Shown one piece after another: positions 1 through 12,900 of a stretch of DNA of 64,000 bases. Position 1 is the first letter of the stretch; each line of letters begins with the position of its first letter. A program made the translations under genes and the position numbers. The notes beneath the pieces were generated by a model. It had not been told where the DNA came from and did no database searches. It saw nothing but the letters and a program-made list of their open reading frames with translations. Source of the stretch: Pocillopora damicornis (taxonomy: Eukaryota); assembly GCF_003704095.1 (NCBI RefSeq), contig NW_020846873.1:124001-188000 (forward strand), written 5' to 3'.

Positions 1-65
1 CACATTTATATTTCATTCATGGAACAAAAACACCTTGGAAATTGTATTTGATTATTTTCTTTTAG

Positions 66-983
66 CATACGAGAAAGCTACAAAAGAACAAAGAATGAGA
101 ACTGAAATATCCCAGGCTAAAAAGGAAGCCAACTTTTATATACAAAATGTTGAGAAAGGAAAAGCCATAGATGCAATGAAAACTCGTAAAAGAAAGAGAG
201 CTGATCAGGTAGGACTATATCAGGCATGCCAAACATATACATAATGTAATATACAGTTAGTGTTTTTGAAAAGAATGATATTAGTTTGTATGGTTCAATA
301 TTAAGAAATTTTTTGAAAGTCTACATTTATATTGGAACATGAAAAATAGATGGAATATTAAATGGGTTAAGACCTTTCCAGTAGTTGCAGACTGTGAGGA
401 GTCTAATGTATCCATTTTTTTGGGAAAAAAAAACAGTAAGTTATGCTCTCATAAGTATAGCTCTGGGGCTAAATGCTCTTATCAAAGAAATGTTTATCAT
501 TTGTTCTTGAAGGATTTCATGAATAAAAAGGGATGCCCCTCAAAGCAAAACACACTAGTACTGTTGTTGAGAAAAGAGTTATTTACTTGTGTTGTTCTTT
601 TATAATGCAGCCTTTATTCAAACATGTATGAACATACATATATTAAAAATATGATTTTCATTTCCATTACAGAAACCTGTAGAGAAGAGGTTGAGAACCT
701 TCAGGCAGCATCAAGTTGTTGAAGATCAGAAAATGACAGAGATCAACCCTGGGAAATCCACCGAAAAAGACGTAGGGAAGTCACTCAGTAAAGATCTATT
801 GAGGAAGGTAAAACTATTAAAAGGAAAAATATTCCATGTAGGCTGATGGCCTAGAAATGTTTTGTTTTATTCCTGTTTCTACCCTGAAATCTGTTGTTCA
901 ATGTCATTGTCTTTGCTGAAATCCTGAGTGTGTTCACTGTTTATTATTACCACTAGGTTTTCACCTCAGTCAGTGGAAGATGA
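66..983 (+). CDS. ABT1: Activator of basal transcription 1 / pre-rRNA processing protein ESF2 homologue, last three coding exons (5' part outside window)
   Basis: Exons 66-208, 673-807, 957-983 with GT-AG sites and consistent phase. Translation AYEKATKEQRMRTEISQAKKEANFYIQNVEKG...SLSKDLLRKVFTSVSGR* matches the conserved ABT1/Esf2 C-terminal segment (AYE...R...E..QAK.E..FY...VE). Confidence 0.85.
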
Positions 984-1730
984 TATTTGATATGCAGCTC
1001 TGGGTAGTGTTGGTTATACTATCACATATGTAGTGTTGGTTAAAATGAAATTCATCCTGGTTGATTCGCTTTTAATCTCCGCTTTGGTATAAGTGCACCA
1101 GGTACCATAACGTCAGACTGCAAAACCCACTAAACCCTGTCATACTTGCTGTTCATTTCATGTCGCCGTCACCAGTGGCTCAAAGATTTCCAGGACTTCC
1201 ATGGTTTGTGACAGGCTGATGACTTTTTCCATTCAGTTCAGTAGCCATAGCTAACACTAATGAATCAATCAACTGGTGATAATTGATCAGGCACCAGCTT
1301 TACACAGACAATTACAGTGCCCTAAGGAACTGGAAACAGAACATTCTTTGTGAAGCCGAAAAAATTTAATGTGGATAAAAACCTTTCATGATTATACTTG
1401 CAAATTATTTGGGCCAGCCTCTAGATCCACAAATTTTTGTTCTAGGATCTTAGTGTTAGGTTTTTAAATCTTATGATGATATAAATATTTTTACACTGCT
1501 TATTGTGTACAAAAAATGTTAAACAATTTATGTCATAAATGATCACAGATTCGCTCACAAAACATTCTCAAGGTTTGATAACAATTCAGTTACTCTCTAT
1601 GAAGTTATTTTGTTTAAGTAGGCCCAAACTGGGAATCTTTAGTTTATTTTCCATTGTACCAGTTTTCCATTTTACAGTCTTTTTGATGAAAAACTGTGCA
1701 AACCCCCCTGTGGGAGGTTTTGGGCTAAAC

Positions 1731-1930
1731 TTAATCTTATGACTCGCAAGACCAGATTGTTAATTCTCACCTCTAGCTGCTACATATTTCTTTCTGAATT
1801 AGTTCATAGAACTTGGTGTTGGATCAAGACAATAACTTCAACCTGATAAGTTTGAGAATTCTCATTACTTTTTTCTGGATAATGTATGGATATGATAAGG
1901 AGAAGTTACTTCTGGGAATTAAAGGGTTAA
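1731..1930. mobile_element. Short MITE-like interspersed repeat (TTAACCCTTT...AAAGGGTTAA family), degenerate copy
   Basis: Ends in AAAGGGTTAA and starts with a degenerate TTAATCTT. Similar length and termini to the copies at 33732-33930 and 39606-39812. Confidence 0.55.
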
Positions 1931-3556
1931 AGTTGTAGCAAAGTTGGCTGTGGGCGCTATATATATGGTCCAGGGTATCCAAGGTAACCCTCCAACTGAG
2001 TTAGCGTGGCCGCACTGACTTTCCACTCACTTCTTTGAAAAATTTAACAAACCGTGTACATGAAAATGGCAAACTCATCTCGCGGGTCGAGACAACCCAC
2101 ACCACCTGCCCTATTTATAAACATGACCGCCTGGATCGACCTTTATATGGCAAGCACGTGCACGGCGAAGGTTAGTGAATTCTCAAGGTGAAGTAGCATA
2201 ACAATCATCGAAACAATTGCAAGACTGCGTGAATCAACAAATTAATAAGAATTTCTCTTCACAATAGAGAATGGATTTGCTCACTCTCTGTAACGGAAGA
2301 AATAAGTGGCTCGGAATGTTTCTGTATCGCGAATGAATTTGTTTTCAGCACTTGTTAATATTCACCATTAAAAGAAAAGAAACTGAATTTTAAAGGGGCA
2401 CCTAAGTCGAATAAAGACATATGGCACGTTTCGTGCTGCTGAAGTTTTAATATTGCAAGTAATCCAAAAACCTTTTGGATGGCCTCAGGGATTTTCCCAT
2501 TTTATCCCTTGGATAATATTAAACGGCGTAATTTGAATTTCTGCGTAGAATAGAGTGAATCTTGAATGCATTTATTTCTCTTTAAAATGAGTGTTCTTGA
2601 CTCCACCCATGATTTTAAGCATGTCACAATATTATATACATGTAATAGGCACATGCTAGATCCAGATATGCATGTTTTAGTCGGGAAATATCGTTGGTCA
2701 ACATACTCACTGAGTCTCCGAAGCGGAACGGCACTTAGTGGTAACTTCCATCCTCAACAATGGCTATATTTCGGGTGCAGAAATTTTGCTGGCAGCGGAA
2801 AAAGAGGAAAATGTCAAGAGGAGTTACGTAAGTTTCTAGTTAGTGTTCGACCGCGTGATGCAGAATCCTTCATCAAACGTTTTCCCGCCTTTTCTTGATT
2901 ATTCATTCGGCCTCCTGTTGGGTTAAACAGCCGTACCGTAATAGAAACTGGTATGAAGTTAATTCAGATTAAACGAGATGTCTACTTTGTTAGTAAGGTC
3001 TCCTCTGCCCCCCGGGGTAAATAGCGACACGTTTCTTAAGTGCTTGAGTACTTTAGGTACTATCAAGTGTTTTAGCGGGCCAAGCCGCCTTTTTGCTTCC
3101 TGAATCAATACTGAAAAGTGATTTGACCGCAGAGAAAGACAAATGCAATCTACTGGCTAGATTAGTGGATACTCTTGCATAGACATAGACTCCATTAACT
3201 ACAAAGTACACCGGGGTTTTCCATACAAAGACTTCTGAAAAAAGCTCGGAAAACAAACGTTAGAACTCACTTCCATGTTGGCTTTAAAATCTGCTTAAAG
3301 CTAAATTGAAGGTACTCGAAAAACAGCTTTAAAAAATTGCCATTTAGAACTTTCTCAGGCGTCAGAAATATACTTATTTTATAACAACAGCTTCACGTGT
3401 TTTGTTATTGATTTCTTGTCTTATTTTGTTTAACTCCAGCAGGTTTCAAGTAATTAATTCACCTCTCATTAGACTCGATGTCGCTACGATGGAACGTCAT
3501 TATCAAACAGTTAAAAGCGTAATTTATTTGGAATGTTATATTGATCAGAAGTCGGT

Positions 3557-3580
3557 GGGGGGGGGGGGGGGGGGGGGGGG
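3557..3580. repeat. Poly-G homopolymer (G24)
   Basis: Read directly from the sequence. Confidence 0.9.
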
Positions 3581-4414
3581 AGATAAAATTGCACGACAGG
3601 GCTCAGACATGTCATTGGCGCGTGAAACTAAAGCTATTTTGTTTTCGTAATATTTTCGTGTTTTCCTTTTTTTTTTTTTTTTCATAACACAGAACTTTAC
3701 GATACCACATTTCGCTCTTGCTGTAAAATGAACAACTCGAAGAAGTTGTTGTCCATGTTTGGTATTAGTTTTGTTATGGAGTGAATTCTGCCTCAATAGA
3801 TTGAATTGAACATTTCCATTTTGGAAATTTAGGTCGTTAACAACAATCTCTAAATTAGCTAAAATCTATCCTTTATTTTGAATACAATGATTTTGGAACA
3901 CACTTCGTTCTTTTTTGTTTCAAGAAGTAATGACTGCATTTGTAAATAGCTCCTTTCGCCTAACGAGATATTCCATGCTTGAATGCCCCCTCCTGAACCT
4001 TAAAAAAGACAATATAAGCTCCCCTGCTGAGTAGAATAAAGTCTATTTACAAACAGACAAACAAGCAATGACAAGCAAGGTCAAGATGAGGGTCAGTGGT
4101 TACTAAAAGATACTATCAACATCTCATCAAAAGTGTATACGTTTTAAAATTTGTTACCTCGGGCACATCCGTGACTTCCACGAGGTAGGATTTGTTTATG
4201 TTTTTACAAATCGGTACATTGTTCAGCGTAATATAAATATCTGGACTCATGTGAAATGGAATGACAGCGAGGTAAGCTTGACTTATCACGTTGTTTTCTC
4301 CCAATGGAGAGGAGAGGAGTCACACAGCTCTGGGTAACCTGAGCATTCCACAGTCAGCAACACGATGAGACGAGGCTAAAAGACATCAAATCAGTGTAAA
4401 CTCAAAGGCGGAAA

Positions 4415-5446
4415 ATGTTGAACAACAACTCATCGTCAAAGAATTTAACAGAGTCCGAAATGTCCTCAGAAAATCAGTTGTGTTCGCTGTTGATACAAGT
4501 CCAGAAAGGGAACGACATCTCATATGAGGAATTTCGTTCAGTGTGTGCTTTCATTGCATTTACAAACGCTCTCATGGCCGTCATTGCTATACTTGGAAAC
4601 AGTATGATTATTTCAGCTTTTTATCGCTCCGAATCGTTGAGAACACCATCTAACTTACTCTTGCTTGGTTTATCAGTTTGTGACTTTTTAGTTGGCTCAG
4701 TTACTCAGCCTGTTTTTACCACTGAAGTCGCTTTAGTCGCCGCAAATTCAGACGTGGCTTGTCGGTTCAAAGATTTCTACGTAATATTTTTGTTTTCGTT
4801 CTCATTTGCATCGATGTTACATGTTTGTTTGATTAGCGTCGAACGTACCTTTGCCATAATCCATCCGTTTAAACACCACCGGTTTTTAAACAAAAATAGA
4901 GTTGCAACATTTTTCCTCGCTTTTTGGATTTGTTGGACATTACTGACAGTGTTCACTCGACGCGAGCATGGCGGAGGTATTATTGGTTACTCACGCATGG
5001 GGTTCGTTATTTTTAGCGCTGTGGTGGTGTTTTTCATAAACATTCGACTGTGGATAGAAGCTCGGAGACATTCCAAAGTGATTTCAAGGCTGCTTCAACA
5101 TTCGTTGCAGATGTCTTTACAAACTTGCTCGACATCGCAAGAGACCGAATATGCAGAGACTAACATACGAAGAAAATCCGTGCGAGATGCTAAGGCAGCT
5201 AAGACAGTTTTACTTATCATCGGTTTTATGGTTTTATGCAATTTACCACTCATAGCAACATTCACTGCACGTAAGTTTTACAATGTGCGCGGACGAGTAG
5301 TGACTTTGCTTTGGTTCGCTTCAAACACAGTCGTATTAATGCCTGCCATACTAAACCCAGTTGTTTATTTCTGGCGCAAAAAAGAGTTCAGGGTCTCTGT
5401 GAGAAGGATGTTTAATTTACATAATGCTGTCGGAGTGCAACCCTGA
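4415..5446 (+). CDS. Class A (rhodopsin-like) GPCR, intronless, 343 aa, short extracellular loop 2
   Basis: Seven hydrophobic segments. Motifs GN (TM1), LSVCD (TM2), ERT (DRY position), CNLP (TM6), NPVVY (TM7), FR helix 8. N-terminal NxS/T sites. Confidence 0.93.
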   Translation: MLNNNSSSKNLTESEMSSENQLCSLLIQVQKGNDISYEEFRSVCAFIAFTNALMAVIAILGNSMIISAFYRSESLRTPSNLLLLGLSVCDFLVGSVTQPVFTTEVALVAANSDVACRFKDFYVIFLFSFSFASMLHVCLISVERTFAIIHPFKHHRFLNKNRVATFFLAFWICWTLLTVFTRREHGGGIIGYSRMGFVIFSAVVVFFINIRLWIEARRHSKVISRLLQHSLQMSLQTCSTSQETEYAETNIRRKSVRDAKAAKTVLLIIGFMVLCNLPLIATFTARKFYNVRGRVVTLLWFASNTVVLMPAILNPVVYFWRKKEFRVSVRRMFNLHNAVGVQP

Positions 5447-6232
5447 CGCAACCCTTTCCTTAAAGAAATGCGTTTTATTTTTGGCTGTTTGAATCAAAAA
5501 TTTAACGTCGTTCAATAGTGCGTGATCTTGACATAAATTACATTGTGCATAATTCAATGCGCTCGAACTTTCTACATATCAAATGTTTCCAACCGCAAAA
5601 TGTATCGTGAACCGATGAAATGTCACGAATGGCCAGTACCAGCTCAGGCATAAAAGATTGGCCAAGCAATCATATCTCTTTAGCAAGAACAGTGAACTAT
5701 CTTTCTTAATGTAGGCTGGTAGGGAACGTTCAAGGAAAGTTTCAAAATAATCGTTCAATGACTTTTGTTTCTGAGGAATATCTTAAGCGTTCTAAAATAG
5801 CTCATTTTCTGGATTCTTTTATGTTGTATGTTCGTAAATGATTTGCTGTTCTCATCATTTGCCTTTTTTTTCAATAAATGTAACTTAATTAGTTTATTTG
5901 TCTACCTTTCTGACTAAATATCCTTTTAAACAATCCTTTGCTCACGGCATACTTTTTGCATTAGAAGGAGACTTTTTTCTCTTTCTGTCATCGCCTCATA
6001 GAAACGCAGGGGGATTGGAAGAATTCGAAAAAAGTTACAAAAACCTGAAAAGTAGTGTTACTTTTCATCATTTTCTCCTACTGATCTACGTGCAATGCAT
6101 GAATGGCAGGGGGGTATTTGGTACGAGGCACGCAAATTATTATTTGTTCTCAATCTCTAATCGTCTTATTTAATCTGTTCTCGTCAAAAGTTCTTAATGT
6201 ACTATGAAATCAAGTTCAAGAAACCAGTGAAA

Positions 6233-6518
6233 ACCGTCTAGGGATCGACTACATCAATCTAGCTAAGACGGTTTTGAAAAATAAACTTTTTCCAGATAAT
6301 TTCGGATTCCTACCCAAAAAAAACCTTTCAAATCCCTACCCCAACCTTTTACCGCATTTAACTAAACAAAACTTACCGTCTAGGGGTCGACTACATCAAT
6401 CTGGCTAAGACAGTTTTGAAAAATAAACTTTTTCCAGATAATTTCGGGTTCTTACTCAAAAAAGCCCTTTCAAATCCCTACCCCAACCTTTTACCGCATT
6501 TAACTAAACAAAACTTAC
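6233..6518. repeat. Direct tandem duplication, two ~142-bp units
   Basis: ACCGTCTAGGG(A/G)TCGACTACATCAATCT...AACTAAACAAAACTT begins at 6233 and again at 6375, with few substitutions. Confidence 0.92.
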
Positions 6519-7642
6519 AATAGGACTGTTTTGCAACACCTGTAAGTTTTTTAAACTAATTTGTGCCTGCTTCAAGGAAATAGCATGGAAAAAAGACATT
6601 TGATAAATGCAGTTTGGAGAAATTGAGACTTGATTGTGTCGCTGTTTTTTTGTAACTCGGTTTTAACTTGACTCAAAGTGGTTTCATCCTTTTTAGATTC
6701 TAATTTCTTGTTGGATCGATGTTCGACACTTTTTCTTGTGTTGCCCTGAAAATGGTATCAAAAAAAAGCCCGATTTGTCTTAACAAGTTTGGAATCATGT
6801 ATGATTCATGATTGTTTCCGTATACTGATCTGTCTTCAGAACAGCACTCAGCGCTCAATTTATCGATAAGAAGTAAATCAACTTCTAAGAGCTGTACATG
6901 TAACGTAGCACGTGCACGAAAGAGAAACCAGCCAAAACTTATACACAAGGATCGAGCTCTACCTTGTTCCGACAAAAAAAATCTTTTGGCATGTTTCCAC
7001 ACGCAGCACTAGCAAAATTCACTCGAATTAAGTGATAACACTTTTATTTTTCCACTGAAGTACATACATACAGCTTTGCGCACCATGGGTTTTTGTTTTG
7101 AGCTCTTTTCTCAATTTTTAGGGAATAAGTCTCAATGTTGAGCTTTTTTTAATCCAGCGAGATTAAATGTTTTTCACCCTATCTCATTAATATATTATAT
7201 CAGGTCATGTAAGGTGCAACACGCTGTCTCTCGTTGTACGCATGTGCTAGGTCACCGCTACTACCCTTACCTACAAAATAAAGCTAAACCGAAATGGGGA
7301 TTTGTAGTCATAATTTCTCATTTTCAACTGTTTTCTCTATCCAGAAAGGAATTATCGAGTCCATACTCTCCATGCTCCTATTTTCTTAAGTAAAATGCGA
7401 TCAGCAAGGAAGCTGTTCACGCAACGGGTGAATTAAGTCATTTCCCCAGCTTTTTGAGACTGAAGTGTTACGCTAAGGGGCTTAAAACACTTTGTGCTTA
7501 GATCTAGTTATTAAAGAGCTACGGATTAATACAGATTATCTGTTTATACTTAATATGGGGATTGAACACCCCTAAGGCTACAGATGTCTTTTTTTTTCTT
7601 TTTTTTCTTTGTCTTTCATCTGGAATAATGCCAATATATTTC

Positions 7643-8659
7643 TCAATGAGGCACTTCAACAGCATTCTGCCAACCGAGCATTCTCTTTACAGAAATCCTG
7701 AAGTCCTTTTTGCGCCAGAAATAAGTTACTGGGTTTAGTGTGGCAGGCATTAATACGACTGTGTTTGAAGCGAACCAAAGTAAAGTCATTACTCGTCCGC
7801 GTACGTTGTAAAACTTACGTGCAGTGAATGTTGCTATAAGTGGTAAATTGCATAAAACCATTAAACCAATGATTAACAAAACTGTTTTAGCTGCCTTGCC
7901 GTCGCGCGGGGATTTTCTTCGTGCTTGTGTGCCATTCTCTTCATTGGTAGCGGAATTAGGGTTTCCTGTAAAGCTCGCAATATTCCTAGAATGTCTTCGA
8001 GCTTCTATCCAAAGTCGAATGTTCAAAAGAAGCACTACCAGAGCGCTGAAAACAACAAATGTTATGCGTGAGTAGCCAATGACACCTCCGCCATGATTGC
8101 GTCTGGTGGACACGGTTAGCAAAGCCCAAAAAATCCAAAACACTACCACCAAGACAGAAACTCTCTTGGTCGTCACAAGATGTTCATGTTTAAAAGGGAA
8201 CATTATGGCTAAGGAACGTTCGACGCTGATCAAGCAAACGTGCACCACTGAGGAGGATGAAAAGGAGAAAAGGAAAATAACATAAAGATCTTTTAGCTGG
8301 CAAGCCAAGTCTGAGTTTGCGGCGACTAAAGCGACTTCGGCGGTAAAAACAGGCTGAGTAATTAAACCAACCAACAAGTCACAAACTGATAAACCAAGCA
8401 AGAGTAAATTAGATGGTGTTCTTAGCTGCGCATATCGATAAAAAGCTGCGATGATCACGATGTTTCCAAGTATAACGAACAACGCCAGAAGAGCATTTGC
8501 AATCGCGATGAAGATACAGATTGCTCTGAAGTCTGGAAAAGAGATGTCATTTCCCTTTTGCACTTGTTTTAAAAAAGAACAAAATTGGCTTTCCGACGAA
8601 TATTGAGCGTGATCCGTTTGGTTTTCTTCCGCAACAAAAATGTTGCTGTTGTTGAACAT
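7643..8659 (-). CDS. Class A GPCR, intronless, 338 aa, close paralogue of 4415-5446 in convergent orientation
   Basis: Same motifs (LRTPSNLLLLGLSVCD, ERS, KAAKT, CNLP, NPVTY). Long stretches are identical to the + strand paralogue. Confidence 0.93.
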   Translation of the reverse strand: MFNNSNIFVAEENQTDHAQYSSESQFCSFLKQVQKGNDISFPDFRAICIFIAIANALLALFVILGNIVIIAAFYRYAQLRTPSNLLLLGLSVCDLLVGLITQPVFTAEVALVAANSDLACQLKDLYVIFLFSFSSSSVVHVCLISVERSLAIMFPFKHEHLVTTKRVSVLVVVFWIFWALLTVSTRRNHGGGVIGYSRITFVVFSALVVLLLNIRLWIEARRHSRNIASFTGNPNSATNEENGTQARRKSPRDGKAAKTVLLIIGLMVLCNLPLIATFTARKFYNVRGRVMTLLWFASNTVVLMPATLNPVTYFWRKKDFRISVKRMLGWQNAVEVPH

Positions 8660-9949
8660 CTTCTAACTCTGTATCTTCCCTAATAAACCTTTTTCTATAC
8701 TTGGATAGTATGGTGTCTTATCAGGAACAGCGCCCGTTTGAGATTGATATCCTTGTAGAGCCGTTCTTCAGTAATCCTTTCAGTAAAGAATACCGAGATC
8801 AATTACTTAGCTAAATGGCTTTGCCTCAAAGCGTCTCCAATACTCTCATCGATTTTGCCAAATGACTATTTCATTGTTCTAGAAAGCTAATCGTCTTTAT
8901 TAAACGGGCACATTTGCGTCATCGCTGATTAGTTCATATTGTTTGGCGCAAGAGGTTTTTTCCTCTTCATTTAACCAGTCATTAATGAATTAACTCATTT
9001 TTGGCTGAATCGCACAGTCCACCACGACAGGTTTTTCCGATACACGGTTGTTATCTTTCCCTTCTAACTGAGAAGATTTTTTCAATCCCAGCAGGTTCTG
9101 TGGTTGTTGTGTTTTGGCGTCAGTCGACACTCTTCCGACGTATTTAATTTAGAATTTTCAGTTAATACCATGGACAGTTAAATTTTTTTCTCTGTTCACA
9201 ACATTTCTTCAGTTCTCTTAAAAATGCCAGACAAATTTGGAGTTAAGAAAGTTCTGCGGAAAATGATGATAGACTTAATTATTCTTACTGTAACGTTAAA
9301 TTTTACTAAATATTTTTGATAGGGAATAATTCCTCATGCTAATGAACTGATATGAACAACAAAGGTATAGAATTAAGACAAAGGGTGAATCAAATGCGTG
9401 GGACGTCTTTTGACGGGAAAAACTTCTTTTTTCGGATAAGACAGTTTAGTTTTAGAGTGAAAACAGGATTTTTCTCTCCGTGACGTATTTTTCAATTTTG
9501 TAATGTAGTCCTTTCCCCCGTCGAAAAGGTTGGGTTGGGTTAAAATAACTAAAGAAGTTCGGCATTCACTGTAAGTGCTAAATCTTGTCTTTGTGACACT
9601 CAAGACTTAAAATTGAATTTATGACCTCGGAAGCGGTAAAATTACCGGGCTATAACCGAGTTTAGTCGTCTAGTTCCTACTGGGACAATTAATAATGATC
9701 TGAAAACACAAGAAGTGCAGAAAATCATTCCAATTGTACTCTTCTGTAACCATACGCTCAGATGCTTGAACGAATCCGTAGAAACTTTTTGTTGTGATAA
9801 TAGAGTAATCAGCATAAGGACAGACTTTATTTTTTATTTTGCTCTTGTTACTCAAGAAATATAGCTTCTTGTCATTTTAAATTACCTGATCGATGGTAAT
9901 AAAACATTTTTCTGCCTTCAAGTAGCGATCACAATAAAAAAAAATCCTA

Positions 9950-12900
9950 TGATGGTACGTGTTCCGAATCATATAATCCGCTTTCTAGTCATCTGAATCC
10001 CGACTCTAACCTTATCACTCGCCTGCCCAATAATGGCTACATGGCTGAGGAAGATCTGAACAATCGAGTGACTTCTTTTGGCGACAAAACAAACTTTTCT
10101 ATTATACATTTCAACACTCGAAGCTTAATGAGAAATTTCAATCAACTTAATTTATTGCTGAGAAATCTTAATATGCCGTTCTCTGTGATTGGTGTGTAAG
10201 AAACTTGGCTAACTGATTGCACTGCAGAGAACGTAAATATCAGGGGATATAATTTTGTCTCCAACCATCGTAAATCGAAAACAGGCGGCGGAGTTGGAAT
10301 TTATTTACAAAACGGCCTTGAATACAAACTTCTCGAAGAATGCAAATTTTCAGATCCAGATGTAATCGAGTCACTTTTCTTGGAAATTATTGTTCCCCAC
10401 GGAAAAAATATCATTGTTGGTTGCGTGTACAGACCACCAAATCAAAACGCAGCTATTTTTATTGACAAATTCAACAATATTCTCTCACTAATTTCTAAAG
10501 GCAATAAACATTGTTATGAGATGGGAGACTTTAACCTAGACCTCCTCCAATACAATCATCATGTTCCAACACAGGAATTTATTGACAGCTTATTTTCACA
10601 CGCCTTTCTTCCTCTCATCTCCAATCCAACACGCCTCACCTCATACTCTGCGACGCTAATTGACAACATATTCACCAACAACCTTGTCCCTAGTGTTTTT
10701 AGCGGCATTATTCTAAATGATTTGTCTGACCACTTACCCGCTTTTGCATATTTTGACGACGCAACTCTAAAGCGCAGCACAGAAAGAAAAATTGTGATGC
10801 GCCATTCAATGACGATAATTTGCATAAATTCAACGAGAACTTTTCAAACGCAAAATGGTCCTTATTTCACCACATGAAAGATCCCAATGAAGCCTATAAT
10901 GATTTTATTGAAGGATACTCCAGAATCTATAACACCTGTTTCCCTTTAAAGGTTTTCAAAGGTAAGCAGGTAAACAAGTTCTTTTCTCCATGGCTTAGCC
11001 GTGGACTTCTGAAATCCGTTAAAAAGAAGAACAGACTCTACAAAAAGCTCGACACATCATCTTCCACATCTTCTGAGACGAAGTATAAAGCCTACAAAAA
11101 CAAACTTACCCATCTTATTCGCATTGCCAAACGTAAATACTACGACTCCAAATTTGAGAATGCCAGAAATGACCTCAAAACAACTTGGAAATTGTTAAAT
11201 GAAGTTATTAACAAGCGTAAAAGTAAGTCATCTCTTCCCACATCATTCAAATCTGAAGGCAGAACATTAACGGATCCAATGGAGATCGCTGACAGATTCT
11301 GTAAATACTTTACAAACATTGGTCCCAACCTAGCTAAATCTATACCCAGGGTGAATCATTCTTTTCGTTCTTATCTTGGTGATANNNNNNNNNNCTCCAT
11401 AAACTTAAAGCCCACCACAACAAGTGAACTGGAAAGCATTTGTGACGTGTTCGCTTCAAAGAACGCTCCTAGCAATGACAGTATCCCAATGCATGTCATT
11501 AAATATTCATTTCACCTTATTTCTGCTCNNNNNNNNNNNNNNNNNNNNNNNNNNNNNNNNNNNNNNNNNNNNNNNNNNNNNNNNNNNNNNNNNNNNNNNN
11601 NNNNNNNNNNNNNNNNNNNNNNNNNNNNNNNNNNNNNNNNNNNNNNNNNNNNNNNNNNNNNNNNNNNNNNNNNNNNNNNNNNNNNNNNNNNNNNNNNNNN
11701 NNNNNNNNNNNNNNNNNNNNNNNNNNNNNNNNNNNNNNNNNNNNNNNNNNNNNNNNNNNNNNNNNNNNNNNNNNNNNNNNNNNNNNNNNNNNNNNNNNNN
11801 NNNNNNNNNNNNNNNNNNNNNNNNNNNNNNNNNNNNNNNNNNNNNNNNNNNNNNNNNNNNNNNNNNNNNNNNNNNNNNNNNNNNNNNNNNNNNNNNNNNN
11901 NNNNNNNNNNNNNNNNNNNNNNNNNNNNNNNNNNNNNNNNNNNNNNNNNNNNNNNNNNNNNNNNNNNNNNNNNNNNNNNNNNNNNNNNNNNNNNNNNNNN
12001 NNNNNNNNNNNNNNNNNNNNNNNNNNNNNNNNNNNNNNNNNNNNNNNNNNGATCTTTCCAAAGCATTTGACACTCTCGACCATCATATCTTGTTTGCAAA
12101 ATTGAAGCACTATGGTATCCGTGACGTGGCTCTGCCGTGGTTCAAAAGCTACTTTTCTTGCCGCCAGTAATTTGCCCAATTCAATCAAGCTTGCTCTCCT
12201 ATGCAAACCATCAAGTGTGGTGNNNNNNNNNNNNNNNNNNTAGGCCCTCTATTGTTCATTCTATACATAAATGACCTCCCTAATGCCTCTGAATCAACAG
12301 ACCCTCTGCTTTTCGCTGATGATACCAGTATCTTTTATTCTCACTCAAACCCAAATTGCTTAGAAGCCGTACTTAATGACGAACTCCAAAATATTGATGT
12401 CTGGCTAAAATGCAATAAGCCCTTAGTTAATATAAGGAAAACTAACTACGTAATTTNNNNNNNNNNACAGAAGAAATTTAACTCCAGCATTTCTCTCCCC
12501 TTTGGACGTAAACCCCTACAACAATCTAACATAACTAAATTCCTTGGGGTCTATATTGATGATCATCTCACTTGGAAACACCATATCAGCTATGTATGTA
12601 AACAAATCGCTAAATCAATAAGTATTATATTTAGGTCTCGCTTTTTCCTATCCTCTACAACCAAGCTCGCTTTGTACTACACCTTAATTTATCCTTATAT
12701 CGTCTATTGTAACTGTGCCTGGTCGTCCACATACGTATCTAACTTGAATAGAATTTATTACTTGCAAAAGCGAGCTGTGCGGGCTATCACCAACTCAGAC
12801 TATCGAGCCCATTCCGCTCCTTTATTCTCTAAACTAGGAATTTTAGATATTTTCCAAGTCAATACGTTTGAAATCGCCAAACTCATGTTTTACTATAGAA

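Noticed and set aside
1950-2165. CArG/MEF2/E-box-like motifs suggesting an enhancer
   Set aside because: The segment looks like a decayed interspersed repeat, and the motifs are imperfect and far from any evident TSS.
11385-12470. Long ORFs full of X
   Set aside because: Artefacts of assembly N-runs within the LINE.
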